Shown: one piece after another, positions 13,372-25,939 of the stretch
Numbering within the stretch: the stretch's first letter is position 1
Layout: every line of letters starts with the position of its first letter
Made by a program: the position numbers and the translations under genes
The notes under the pieces: generated by a model
What the model was told of the DNA's origin: nothing
What the model saw: only the letters and a program-made list of their open reading frames with translations
The model's database searches: none
Source: Eledone cirrhosa
Lineage: Eukaryota
Length of the DNA: 64,000 nucleotides
Direction: 5' to 3'
NCBI GenBank assembly: GCA_964016885.1
Contig: OZ024743.1
Span: forward strand, 165,044,001-165,108,000

Positions 13372-13617
13372 CTTTAAAACAACAATGAATACATTATATA
13401 TATCAACACTCATCATCAAGGGCCTGCATCTCTCTTACAAAAATGTTCCCATGCTCTGCCAAATGCAGTTTATTATGTTTGGTTACTAAATCCCATCAAA
13501 TTATTGATTATTTAAAAAATTATTTGCAAATCATAGTCAGTGTATTTCACTAGAAATATGGTAACGAAAGGGTTCAGAAAACAACAAAGCCCAAGAAAAC
13601 AAGAAGTATAATCATAC

Positions 13618-13787
13618 CTGCTCTGACATACGTGATGTTAAAGCAGCTTTGCTTAATTCGTTCTCCAGTTCCTGTTGTGCAGTTACCTCTTTAGCATTGA
13701 TTGCCAGTAAAGAAGCTAAAATATCGCTGTGTCTAACAGTTTGTTTAGTAACAAGTGGCAATTGATTCACATAGTAATTTTGTAACT
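13618..13787 (-). CDS. CCDC22: CCDC22 coding exon 6 (ELQNYYVNQLPLVTKQ...ASLL...TSRMSEQ)
   Basis: ttacag/gtatga sites, 170 nt; lies in ORF 13612..13806; ASLL and SR motifs as in CCDC22. Confidence 0.9.
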
Positions 13788-14437
13788 CTGTAAGAAACAA
13801 AAACAAAATGATATTCTTTTACTCTTTAACACTTTTACTTGTGTCAGGCTGTTTGGATCATGGTCTACTGGAGCACTGCTTTAAAGAGTTAATCGATTAT
13901 ATCAACCCCAGTACTATTTTTTCAAGTCTAGTAAGATTATAAAATTAACGGCTTTCTTCTTTCTTTTGTGTACAAATATCAAATGGCAACGGCAGTGGTG
14001 GTGCTGACACATCTTCTTCCTCCTCCTCCTCCTTCTTCGCCCTCCTGAGAGTGCCATGGGGGATGAGAGTCCTCAAAGACTCCAGTAGGTTTTGTCAGAA
14101 GCAACCAACCCCAACAGATCTAGCTGGATCCCCAAGCGAGACCAGCTGAGCTCGTGGATGTTATCCAACCATCTTGCTCGGAGTCTACCCCTGGGTCTCT
14201 TGCTGGATGGTTTTGCCCTCAACATTTGTCCAGTGATTCTTTCCTGAGACATTCTAACCACATGTATAGTATCATAGCTGTGAACTCTCAATTCAAAAAA
14301 GTAGCTGCTCTACCAGGAGCAATTCTCTGACCTATGAGCTACGCACTCTATCGAGTAACATTACTCGAGATTTTAATGCCTAATTCATTGATGCTGGAAC
14401 ACTTTGAACAAGTCAGTAGCTATGTATCCCTTCAAGA

Positions 14438-14469
<32 letters not shown>

Positions 14470-14949
14470 CATTATTGGATATCCATACTTACCTAACTAT
14501 AAACATTCCTCGCTTTTGATTGTTATTCTCACTGTAAAACGATCTGAGTGTAGACTAACTGCAGTGAAAGGATTCATGAGAAGATTCCTTTAAATGAAAA
14601 GGGTTCCTTGGTAATGGAAAGGTTGGGAACCACTGACATAGTAAAAGGAGGTAGGGTAATGCCTATAACCCTATACATGTCATCTATGACTAGTGAGAGG
14701 AATTTATCCTAAGATGGTAAAGCAGACTAAGGTGATTAGGGACTCTAGACCAACATTGAGTACTGGAGTGACTTCAGAAATGCACAGAAGACAAGTTGTT
14801 CCTACACAGCAATACTAATTTCAGCTGGGTAGACTTGGATCATTTGATAATTAAATATCTAACCCATGCTAGCATGGACGATGGACGTTAAACGATGATG
14901 ATGTTACAATGCACTTCTGGTTAGTGGCTGCCAACCCTTTCTCATATAA

Positions 14950-15450
14950 ATCCTTCTCATGTGGCATCAGATGATCTATGAAGCAACACTTCTTACCAAG
15001 TCCAAACCCGACTGTCCCATCCATGAAGACCTGGAAAACCTTCCCAACATCCGCTTGAAATCACGCAAACCATACTGGGAATCAATGAAGACCCTTCAAG
15101 ACACTAACTTTGATTTGAAGGAAGAGTGGCAAAGATCATGAAATGAGTCCAAATTTGCCAAACAAGACTTCATCCAGGACCCCACATCTAAACCAGCCGG
15201 CTTTGACTTTCCTAAAAAGCAATGGATCTCCCTTAATTGGATTTGCACAATACATGCCAGGACAGACCATCATCTCCAACGATGGAAAATGAAAGACAGC
15301 CCAACATGTGACTGTGGGGACCCTGACCAGATAGTGCTGCATGTTGTTCGGGATTACCATCTTAGACATTTTCCCGGTGGCCTGGAAGCAATCCATAATA
15401 CTACAAATGGCACCTCTGTCTGGCTCACCAATCTCAATCTGTCTCTCTAA
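14950..15450 (+). mobile_element. Degenerate non-LTR retrotransposon C-terminal fragment
   Basis: RLKSRKP, W.SLN, WKMKDSPTCDCG and HFPGGL-type motifs in broken frames. Confidence 0.6.
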
Positions 15451-15605
15451 TCATTGTGCATATGGCTTATGACAAGATGAAGAATCATGACACTGGCACC
15501 ATGTCCTTAACATTACTGAAGAGTCCTTTCCACTCTTTTTGGCATTGTTTCTATACCTGGATACCAAAATATATATTTGCTATCCTTATTCAATTAAATA
15601 CTTAC

Positions 15606-15690
15606 CTTTGGGGATCTTCTTGGACAAATCGCCAATATTAATCGGCCATTTCAATGGATATGCATGGAAACCAGAAATATCAGCAACTCC
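15606..15690 (-). CDS. CCDC22: CCDC22 coding exon 5 (GVADISGFHAYPLKWPINIGDLSKKIPK)
   Basis: ttttag/gtaagt sites, 85 nt; phase links exon 4 to exon 6; FHA motif. Confidence 0.85.
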
Positions 15691-16371
15691 CTAAAAAGTA
15701 CGTACAAAAACCATTTAAGTCACAGAGTTATTTACCTTGCTTAGACAGAAGTTAAAAGTATGCAGAACTTCTGCCACCCATCAGCCATTAAACATTCACT
15801 ATAGATATAAAATGATAACAATGATGATAATTATACGTGTATATTGTTTAGTCTCTGATTATAAATTAGTAGTTTTAACTTTTACTACAAAACCGAATAG
15901 TGGATTGTTTAAGGAAGAGACCTACGAGGGTGGGCTGAAAGATTCATAGGCTGACAATGAAAGAGTGATGCTAAAGCTGCAAAATCTTGCATGCATTAAT
16001 TTCAACTCTTCTTATTAATAACTGTATTGTTTCTTTCCAAGTAAACTGACATCTGACTGTTCAAAGAAGACTTCAAAAGTAACTAGTAGCAACTTCTCTT
16101 GAAAATGGACAAAATTTGGCATCATAGTAGTATCAAGAAAAAGTGCAGAAAAAGTGTTTAGTCCCCCCCCCAAAAAAAAAAGATTCATGCTAACATAGTT
16201 GCTACATTAGGGGATGACACTCCAGCTTTAATAACAGTGCAAAAGTAGGCAGTTGAATTTAAGAGGGAAAGAGAGAGTTGTGAAGATGACCCAAGTTATG
16301 GACGTCCTGCAACTGCTAGCACCGAGGAAAACATTGATTATGTTCACCATATGGTGATGGATGACAGTCAA

Positions 16372-17152
16372 TCTATCTATATATCTATATATATAAAACT
16401 GTGGTTGTCTGTCTGTCTATCGATTTTTGGCACACATCTCCTCTTAGAATCTCTCACGGAATTGCACCGAAATTGCTATACTTGTACATTCAGCCCTAGC
16501 GAAGACATCGGAAAAAAAAAAATTTCAAATTGACCCACCCTATGTGACGAAATCGAATATAATGTATCGATTTTTGAGCGTAAGTTATCAGTTATTTCCC
16601 TTTGTTCTGTTTACATTGAGCGTCTTACGTAAAAAATTACGCTGGCTTTCTCAGCGTTTAAAATGACATTAACACAATACGTTCGAACACTAAGCTTCCG
16701 TTTTGCTTCATTTCCATTTCAAAGCATTTTAAAACAATATTTTTACTTGAAAACAAGTCTATTTAAAGACTACGTAAAACAAGCAAATATTTCAGGCGTG
16801 CAGACAGACAGTCGTGCAGAGAGGTGATATAGGCGTGCAGACAGACATAACTGATAATTTGGTTACGCTAATGTTTTTCTCTGCGTTGCAGTGTTTACAT
16901 TTTCGATCTTTGTTAATAAATAACCAGTGCAGTTTTTATCCCCAGCATCCTCTTTTGTTATAACATTCGGGTTATCGTTATGTTTTCTTAACTTCATAAG
17001 GCATATTGTTGGTTGAGGGAATATTAATCAAAAACACCACATGCAAGTCTGCACAGTAGACATTACAGTTTTTAAGCCAAAAAAGAAACTTAACATTGTA
17101 ACTTTAACACAGCTACTGAGCGACCCCGAGCAACGCCGGGCTTTACTGCTAG
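16372..17152 (+). mobile_element. Non-autonomous Helitron, copy 1 of tandem dimer
   Basis: A|TC start, GC hairpin cccgagcaacgccggg, ends in CTAG. Confidence 0.85.
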
Positions 17153-17994
17153 TATATATATATATAAAACTGTGGTTGTCTGTCTGTCTATCGATTTTTG
17201 GCACACATCTCCTCTTAGAATCTCTGACGGAATTGCACCGAAATTGCTATACTTGTACATTGAGCCCTAGCGAAGACATCGGAAAAAAAATATTTCAAAT
17301 TGACCCACCCTATGTGACGAAATCGAATATAATGTATCGATTTTTGAGCGTAAGTTATCAGTTATTTCCCTTTGTTCTGTTTACATTGAGCGTCTTACGT
17401 AAAAAATTACGCTGGCTTTAACAGTTGTCGAGCCAGCAAAATATTGACCTGCAAAATTCATCAGTTCGAACACTAAGCTTCCGTTTTGCTTCATTTCCAT
17501 TTAAAAGCATTTTAAAACAATATTTTTACTTGAAAACAAGTCTATTTAAAGACTACGTAAAACAAGCAAATATTTCGTCGTTAGGCGTGCAGACAGACAG
17601 TCGTGCAGACAGACAGTCGTGCAGAGAGGTGATATAGGCGTGCAGACAGACAGTCGTGCAGAGAGGTGATATAGGCGTGCAGACAGACATAACTGATAAT
17701 TTGGTTACGCTAATGTTTTTCTCTGCGTTGCAGTGTTTACATTTTCGATCTTTGTTAATAAATAACCAGTGCAGTTTCTATCCCCAGCATCCTCTTTTGT
17801 TATAACATTCGGGTTATCATTATGTTTTCTTAACTTCATAAGGCATATTGTTGGTTGAGGGAATATTAATCAAAAACACCACATGCAAGTCTGCACAGTA
17901 GACACTACAGTTTTTAAGCCAAGAAAGAAACTTAACATTGTAACTTTAACACAGCTACTGAGCGACCCCGAGCAACGCCGGGCTTTACTGCTAG
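17153..17994 (+). mobile_element. Non-autonomous Helitron, copy 2 of tandem dimer
   Basis: Near-identical to copy 1, ends CTAG|T; mariner sequence resumes with no TSD. Confidence 0.85.
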
Positions 17995-18462
17995 TTGACT
18001 ATAAATCAAATAGAAAATGCTGTTAGCATATCCTGTCAGAGAGTTGAGAATATTCTGCATAATGAATTTGACATGGCAAAGGATTCTGCTTGGTGTGTGC
18101 CACATCCTCTGACACCAGATCAAAAGTGCACCAGGCTGAAAATCTGACATTGTTTGAGGCAGATCCAGCTGCTTTCCTTGAATGTTTCCTAACCCAAGAT
18201 GAACGTTAGGTTCATTACTTTCAGCTAGAGACAGACAATCCATGCAGTGGAAACATCCTTCCTCACCTGTTCCAAAAAAGGTCAAGGTCGTTTCATCTGC
18301 AGAGAAGGTGATCACCTTAGATTTTTCGGGATGCAAAAGACATTGTATTTATTGACTATCTTCAAAAGGGCCACACCATCAATAGAGAGTACTATGCCAA
18401 CTTGCTAAGGCAGTTACAAAAGGCTATAGAGACCAAATGCCCAGGAAAACTGACAAAAGGGG

Positions 18463-18826
18463 TGTAGAAGATCACGCCATCTAGCGTCGACTGTGAAGGC
18501 AGTCGATTAACTGCCTTTAGTTCTGACGTCACGTTCTGACGTCAGTAGCTGAGACTAGCTCTTGGACGATGATAACTCGGAGACAATAGACGTGCTATCT
18601 CTCTGCAGTGATCCAAAGGATGATATCACACCATGTGGCAGTATATGACGACTAAAATATATCCCAACCTAGGAGCACTAATGTATTTGAATATATTCTG
18701 TAATTGCTCCTATTAAAAAATGTTTCTATAATATAAAATTGAGGTATGTTCCTTATTCCTTGATTGACTATGTGCCAGTAAACAATATCCAATTAGACGG
18801 GATGACTGACGACCACCCCGCCTAAA
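18463..18826 (+). mobile_element. Solo LTR, TGTAG...CTAAA, 4-bp TSD gggg
   Basis: gggg|tgtagaag...ccgcctaaa|gggg. Removing it restores mariner aaaaggggttttgtttcatcaggac (compare 34610-34635). Confidence 0.8.
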
Positions 18827-19469
18827 GGGGTTTTGTTTCATCAGGACAGTGCTCAGCACACAAGTCATTGGTTTCAGTGGCTGCTGTGTAAGACTGTGGC
18901 TTTGAACTGGTTGATCACCTTCCCTATTTGACCCCATCTGACTATTATCTGTTCCTCAACATAAAAAAATACTTGGCTGAGAACCAGTATCGCAATGATA
19001 ACGTCATATCTGTTGATGACTTTTTTGACCAACAGGATGAAAGCTTCTTCACCAATGGGATCCTAGCACTGCAACACTGAAGAAGTGTGTGAACTGCAAG
19101 GGGACTGTGTTGAAAAATAAACTTCATTTGGTCACATTACATGAGAGTATCTTGGTCAGGCTATGAACTTTTCATCTGACCCTCATACTAAAATAAGTCT
19201 TTCAAAATTAATTTCCTTGTTAACAGAGGTTAGTCTTATAGGCCTCATGACAAGATTCATACAAATTGTGAAGTCCTTTTTGAGGCAATGTGTTAAAATC
19301 AGATGCCCTTTCAGACACTAGCTAGCCCCTTTAATCGCATCTTATGGCATGCAGGGATATAGTGTATCTATGAGGTGACTAAAAGGGCTGTACGAGGAAC
19401 AAATCATTAAATTCAATAATTCACAGATTGAAAAATTAAAATTAAATAAAAAGACCAGAGAAAATTTAC

Positions 19470-19600
19470 CTTTTGCAGTAATTCAGGTGGTTCACCTCTC
19501 CACTGCATACTTTGTCGGTGCATATATGCTGGTGTCCAAGCAGACTTTAACTGTGAAGCAAGTTTAGCTGCAATACGCCTCTGCAGAATGACAGATTTGT
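19470..19600 (-). CDS. CCDC22: CCDC22 coding exon 4 (DKSVILQRRIAAKLASQLKSAWTPAYMHRQSMQWRGEPPELLQK)
   Basis: tttcag/gtaaat sites, 131 nt, phase fits exon 3; QL..PW.P-like motif. Confidence 0.9.
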
Positions 19601-20014
19601 CTGAAATAACAGTTTTTTTTTCATATAATAGACAGAATTGATTTTGAAAGTCTATTGATTTTAATGGTTGTACCTCAATTTGGTCACAGCCAATAGTAAA
19701 AGAGAATTTAAATTTATGTTTAAAATAAGTTTATATCAGTGCTTCACTCATATATTTTCAGATCATTCATCTTTCATCAACAGCATCATTATTGTATGTA
19801 ACATAGGTTGAATGAGGCATCATGTTTTGAAACTAGAAAGATCAGAGAATCCTCATCTTGATCATACACTCCCTATTTGGCATGGGTTCTATGGCTAGAT
19901 GCCCTTCCTAACATCAGCAACCGTTACAGGCTGAAATGGTGCATTTTATTGTGACACCAACACTACCATATAGAGTGTACTGAGTAGATTTTATCCACAT
20001 GATAGGATGAATTG

Positions 20015-20232
20015 AGTACATTTTATCATGGCACTGGTACTACTACTTTACAGTGTCAAGTGATGCATTCTATCATGGCACCAGCACTACCACTTTACAG
20101 TGTCAACTGGGTGCATTCTATCAGGGCACCAGTACTACCACTTTACAGTGTCAACTGGGTGCATTCTATCATGGCACCAGTACTACCACTTTACAGTGTG
20201 TACTGGGTGCATTTTATCATGGCACCAGTACT
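20015..20232. repeat. 45-bp tandem repeat (tcatggcaccagtactaccactttacagtgtcaactgggtgcattcta) inside a SINE-like element
   Basis: About 4.5 units; related units at about 4060-4190 and 24290-24480. Confidence 0.85.
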
Positions 20233-20423
20233 AGAGTGGTTGTCATATACTTGGCTAGACTGAAGAGACCTTTCTGCCCTATATTGTCTCCGTTTTCGAT
20301 AAATTCAAGTTGTAGCAGGAATGAAATATATGCTAACAGTTGATGAAACTGAATAATGACAAATTCGGAAAGACTATAAATCTGAATTTAGTTTTAACTA
20401 CCTCGATGGTTCTAAAGACTTAC

Positions 20424-20556
20424 CAAGAGTTTCATTTGTAGTGTCAACAGATTCTTTAGGAAGTTTCTCAATGAGAAAAATAAAAATTTTTCTGATATCA
20501 TTTTCATTAGAATAGAGAAATGTTTGGTATCCAATTTCACCTTGATACCCCAATTC
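20424..20556 (-). CDS. CCDC22: CCDC22 coding exon 3 (ELGYQGEIGYQTFLYSNENDIRKIFIFLIEKLPKESVDTTNETL)
   Basis: ttacag/gtaagt sites, 133 nt; conserved LGY..E.GYQ.FLY motif of CCDC22. Not in the ORF track. Confidence 0.95.
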
Positions 20557-20866
20557 CTGTAAAGAATCACAGAAATTTGAAGAATTTATTGTATAAAACA
20601 GAAATTTATATTCTCATTTTCTTTTTTGTTTTCTCAATAAAATAATAACTGCAGTTAATCAACAACTGGCAAACAGAATGTGACTTATATTTAGAAAAAT
20701 ATGAAAGTGAGATACAGACTTCCTCAGCCTGTCTGTGACGTCTGTGGCCCAGATTAACTACTGACTTAGTCTACGTAGACCCATCCAGGCCTTGCTAGCA
20801 GGGAAAGTGGATATTAAATGGTGATGATGATGAATGTGAATTACAATTAACAAAATATCATTAATA

Positions 20867-21148
20867 AATTAGTCTGTTATTTGAATGTTATGGAAATGCA
20901 AAATGGACAGTAAATTTTGAAAAATTGAAGGCAACAAAGAGGTTTGTGTGTTACATATCAATCTGGTAGTTTATTTATCTGTCTTTATATTTCAGGATTA
21001 AAATCCTTTCTTCAGGGTTGTTCTTTTTGTTGATTATAGAGTCAGCATCTTACTACAAGGTAACATAGAAACATCTTCGTTGCCTTCAATTTTTTGAAAT
21101 TTACCGTCCATTTTGCATTGTCATAGCCTTCAAATAACACACTAATTT
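20867..21148. mobile_element. MITE or foldback element with about 90-bp imperfect terminal inverted repeats
   Basis: aaattagtctgttatttgaa...gaaggcaacaaagagg...gttac pairs with gtaac...catcttcgttgccttc...ttcaaataacacactaattt. Confidence 0.75.
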
Positions 21149-21246
21149 CTACACTACACACAATACTTCAAGCAAACTACAACACTTTCTTATTATTATT
21201 AAATGTTATATGTATTGGAACTAGTGAAGGTGCATAGCCAGTGATG

Positions 21247-21360
21247 GCATATGGCTTAATGGTTAAAATGTTGAACACACAGTCATAACGTCATGTGTTC
21301 AATCCCTGGACCAGGTAGCGTGTTGCATTCTTTAGCAAGATGCTTCATTTCACATTGTTT
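21247..21360 (+). mobile_element. tRNA-head/CORE-like SINE, family 2, degenerate
   Basis: tggcttaatggtt...gttcaatccc...ttagcaagatgcttcatttcacattg; similar to the element starting at 36634. Confidence 0.6.
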
Positions 21361-22280
21361 TTCATGATAGGACTAGGGCTCCTATCACTGAAAAACTCCA
21401 AAAGACTCTTAAAAGATGCAAAACCAGCATAGGTGTGAGCTGTAGCAACAACATACATATGTGTGTGTGTGTGTGTGTGATAGGACAGAGGCACCTATCA
21501 ATAAAACACCCAAAAAACCTCCTACGAGGTTGTATCTCATAAGAGGCCAGCTAAACCTGCAGAGGTGTGAGCTGTAAGAACATGGTAGAATTGGGGATAC
21601 CTATCATCAAAACACCCACGATACCTCCTATGAGATATAACCTTATAGAAGGCCAGCTAAACTTGTACATGTGTGAGCTGTAAATTTAATTTCCATTTCA
21701 TTTTCATTGGGAATTGGTTATGGTGACTTTAACAAATTTGTTTGTAATGCTGAAACTTTTGGAAATGACAAATGTGGCTAAATCAGGAGTCAAACTCAGG
21801 GACTCAAAAGGATCATTGCAAGAGAGAGGCACAATAGTTCAAAAGTGAGTTGGGGGTATGCATCATTTCCATCAGTTGCAATGCTAATTTTCAATACAGC
21901 TGATAGGCTGCTATTTATTTCTCCATCAAAATGAATACACATATGATAGTAAGTGGGATATGTGAATTAGTACAAAATGTAGGGGAACAAATTTTCCATT
22001 TCAAATTTTCCTTAATTCTATTTTTACTTTTGGTGAATTCCTTTTTTCTATTTTCACTTTTGATAAATTCCGTTTTTCTTTTCCATTTTATTGTATTTCA
22101 TGGGTAAATTACAATAAATTGTACTATAAATATTATTAAAACAGGGACAAATTAGCATGTTTAGGAAATGTTCTACCATGGGCCATAAAAAAGTAGTTTG
22201 TAGGCCATGTGTTTGAGACCTCCTGGTCCAAATTCTAATGGAGGGCCCAGAATAAGAGGGTAAAGTGTGCATGTATATAT

Positions 22281-22466
22281 AATAATTGTTTCTACTTTAG
22301 GCACAAGGCCAGCAATTACCCAGTGCATTACTGGTACTTTATTTTATCGACCCTGTAAGGATGAAAGGCAAAGTCAACCTCGGCGGGATTTGAACTCAGA
22401 TCGTAAAGGGACGTAACTATGCTGGAAAGCATGGCGTCCGACCCTCTACTGATACTGCCAATCCAC
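22281..22466 (-). mobile_element. SINE family 1
   Basis: Reverse complement of 88-274, near-identical. Confidence 0.9.
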
Positions 22467-22507
22467 ATAATAATGAGAGTAAATGAGCATGCTTCTCATT
22501 ATAAACT

Positions 22508-22830
22508 ACAAGGTACACTCAAGAGGTTTTGAGACTTTTATTATAGAGAGACATTTATTTAACTCAGATCAACATAAAACTCTTGTCTCCTTCAAAGTAG
22601 GATCCTCCAACTTCAATGCACTTGTTTAGTAGTCCTCCAAAGTGAAGATGTCCAGGGCGCTAGTCACAGCCTCCTTCATCTCCTCCATATCCACAAAGTG
22701 GATACCCCTGAACTTCTCCTTCAGCTTCAGGAACATCCTGAAGTCACATGGGGCTAAGTCTGGACTGTAGGGAGGATGAGCGACAGTTTTGATTCCCATA
22801 TCGGCCAGGTAGTTGGTCACCAGGATAACT
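22508..22830 (-). mobile_element. Mariner transposase 3' fragment (different family)
   Basis: HPPYSPDLAPCDF motif in ORF 22626..22970. Confidence 0.85.
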
Positions 22831-23548
22831 TGAAGAGTTCTGGTCTCTTGCAACAAAATCTCTTTCTGAAACTTAAATAAGTTCACTTCATTTTGCTCCT
22901 CTCTCATATATTCAAGGATTGAATGAAGAATATATTCCATGTATTCTTCTCTATTCATTATTATCATCATTTAACATTTATATTTCCATGCTGGCATGAG
23001 TTGGACAAGTTATAACAAAGTAAATACTTTTGGGTCTCAATTTTCAACCCCACCCACCCATTATTTGGGACCCTCCTAGATGAGCCAGAAGCTATGTCTC
23101 ATATTTGTTCCAGTTTTGCCAATATTTCTACAGCCAGATGCTAATCTTATCACCAACCAATTTACATAGTATGTTAATTCTCACTTTTGGTTGTGTTTTA
23201 TATGTCCTATAGGACTGATTGACCAAAGAATACAGTCTTTAAATTAATAGATATTGGACAAAAGAAAATATAATTAATTTATCATGAATATAAATAAATG
23301 TGTATATCTGCATGAGTGTGTGAGTATACACATTCCTTAGATGTATTGAGTGGGTATACACATAAGATGTGTGTTTATACATATTCTTTAGATATATTGG
23401 GTGATACTGACACCTTGACACTATTTCTTAGAGTCATAGAATAAGTAAATAGCATCAACAATTCACACAAATTCATAGACTTTATCAAATACCAAAAAGT
23501 AATGTAATTATTAAAACAATTTTTGAAGAAATGATTTATGCACCTCAC

Positions 23549-23720
23549 CTGGATATGGTGAGCCAATGCAGTTCCAATTCTGTAGCGTGCCGACATACCT
23601 GCCGGCAATTTATTGGGGAGCTCAAGTGCATTGTTAATGGCTTTCAAACACTTTGCTGCTGCTGACACTATTAAATCAGTTGAAAACTGTTGGAGGTTTG
23701 TGATGTCATCATCAATGGTA
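23549..23720 (-). CDS. CCDC22: CCDC22 coding exon 2 (TIDDDITNLQQFSTDLIVSAAAKCLKAIN...LPAGMSARYRIGTALAHHIQ)
   Basis: ctacag acceptor and gtgagg donor; 172 nt completes the split TG+T codon; MSARYR matches the CCDC22 MSARFR motif. Confidence 0.95.
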
Positions 23721-24048
23721 CTGTAGAAAAGAAAAACAAAGATATAAAAATGCACCTAGTTCAACCTGTATGGCAGTTGGGCATTAGGAAGGGCATCCAG
23801 CCATAGCAACCATGCCAAATATGGTACATATTTTTGCTGCTATCCCATCATTTTGCTCAAACTGTTTTCTATTCAACCTCCCACAATCTACCAGCATGTA
23901 GCTATCACTGTCTTTCTCCCATACCATCATATCACTCCTACACACTCGTATTTGTTCTTCTTTCAACCTCTTAGTAATCATTCCACTTCTATTCACGCTC
24001 TGTTTGCCTTGAAATAATGATTTCTACTATAATAATTTCTGAAATAAT

Positions 24049-24231
24049 TGTTTCTACTTTAGGCACAAGGCCAGCAATCACCAGTTCATTACTGGTACTT
24101 TATTTTATCGACCCCGTAAGGATGAAAGGCAAAGTCAACCTCGGCGGGATTTGAACTCAGATCGTAAAGGGACGTAACTATGCTGGAAAGCATGGCGTCC
24201 GACCCTCTACCGATACTACCAATCCACGGCC
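24049..24231 (-). mobile_element. SINE family 1 with 18-bp TSD aataatttctgaaataat
   Basis: TSD at 24031-24048 and 24232-24249. Confidence 0.9.
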
Positions 24232-25601
24232 AATAATTTCTGAAATAATGGTGACAACATAGAATAGAGAGAACTGTTTTATCTTGCAGGGGACAAAGCA
24301 ACCTCACTAGTGTTGGTATCATGATAAAATGAACCCAGTATACTTTCTAAAGTGGTTGGCGATGAAATAAAGACAATGTAGTGTTTACAGTGCTTTTTAA
24401 CCTTGTTGAGAACATGGCAACCTCTCTAGTGTTGGTGTCAAAATAAAATGCACCCAATACACTCTGTTAAGTGATTGGTGTTAGGAAGGGCCTTCAGTCA
24501 TAGAAACCAGACCAAAAATAGAAAGTATATGTGAGACATTGTTCTTCAACTCATCTAAGATAGCAGTAATTCTGAATAAACTGACTTGGACCATAACCTA
24601 TGATCCAATCGATGCTAACATGGAAAGCAAACATAAAAGGAGAATTCCAGCTTAACCCCAAATTCCTCCCATGTCTTAATTTTGGATGCTTTTACTGTCT
24701 CTGCTGCGATTTTTCACGCCTGCTTATACTGCAAGTGCAAGAAGGAGGACTTATTTCCAAGTCAAGCTTTGTAAGCCTCCTTCTTTGCTCAGATGGCATC
24801 TTTGACCTCTTGATTGAACCAAGGGGGTCTTCCTGTTATCTGGCGCCACACCAAGCCTTTTTCACCCGCAGCATTTAACAGCTGAAGCAGAAACTGCTGC
24901 GCTGAACAATCTCCACTCTCTCAATGTCTTCAGTTTGATCAGAGAGTTCTCTGAATTTGAATGCAATAGTATCTGCATGCCTGGTCCTGACTTTCTTATC
25001 CTCCAACGCTTCCCACTTTATCCTGTAGGTTGCCCTGGACCTGCCAGCAGATAACTAGATGGTGATCAGTTGACAGCTCAGCCCCTATTTTAACGCAAAC
25101 ATCCAGCACAGAATCAAAGAGATCACAGACAATAACAAAATCATCTAGCCTCCTCCACTAGTTCCTGCTCCTTATCTGTAAGAGTTGTGATGTTCCAGGT
25201 TCCAACTGTCAAGGTTTGCTCCCTTCCAGACCATCTTTGGGATCTCAGGATATGCAACCTTTATGCATCCATCCCATGCCTCCCAGGTCAGGTCGCAAGC
25301 CTATCAACAGTTTTGATGATGAATCATGTCTCTTAAAATTTGCTCAATCATTAGAACCAAACACACATAATGTAACATACACACTTTCACTTTGTATTTA
25401 ACAGTTTTGATACTAACTTGGCCAAAACCAGCTCTGGCTATATGAAACGAAACCATCTATTTTAAATGGTTTGAATTAAAATGTTTTAACATAACTCTAT
25501 ATAAGAAATGTTAGGTTACTATCTTAGTAATGCAATAATTGATATTTTAGTAAACCTCTTGAAATTCTTCATTAATCTATTTAAATAGTATTATATTATT
25601 C

Positions 25602-25684
25602 TACATTTCGTAGAAGTGGACTGACCATTAATAAGAGCTGACCATCAACTCTTATTAATGGTCAGTCCACTTCTACGAAATGTA
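25602..25684. repeat. Perfect 36-bp inverted repeat with 11-nt loop
   Basis: tacatttcgtagaagtggactgaccattaataagag / ctcttattaatggtcagtccacttctacgaaatgta. Confidence 0.95.
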
Positions 25685-25939
25685 ATGTAAAAATACCATT
25701 TTCTTCTTGTCTCCCCACCCTTCGGTTCATTCATCCATATATCTGTATAATCGCCCAGAATCCAATCCTACTTTCTCAATGCTATTCCATAATTCTGTCT
25801 GATTGTTCTAAATAATCTTGTGTATTTTAAAATCCCAGTATATCGCTTGTTACTGTTATATGCTTTATTTAAAACCTTCTCCTCGCTAACTACCCCATAC
25901 CCCTCCCGCCCACCCCCACTCTCCACCATTATTATTTGG

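Larger units (their letters stand above)
15925..19185 (+). mobile_element. Mariner transposon relic carrying nested Helitron dimer and solo LTR
   Basis: TA|cgagggtgggctgaaagattcataggctgac ... gtcaggctatgaacttttcatctgaccctca|TA; degenerate transposase pieces (WVPH-like, LTQDE, IDYLQKGHTIN, FHQD). Confidence 0.9.

Noticed and set aside
20015-20232. Regular repeats resembling a CRISPR array or repeat protein
   Set aside because: Contiguous 45-bp units without unique spacers, eukaryotic context, part of a SINE-like element.
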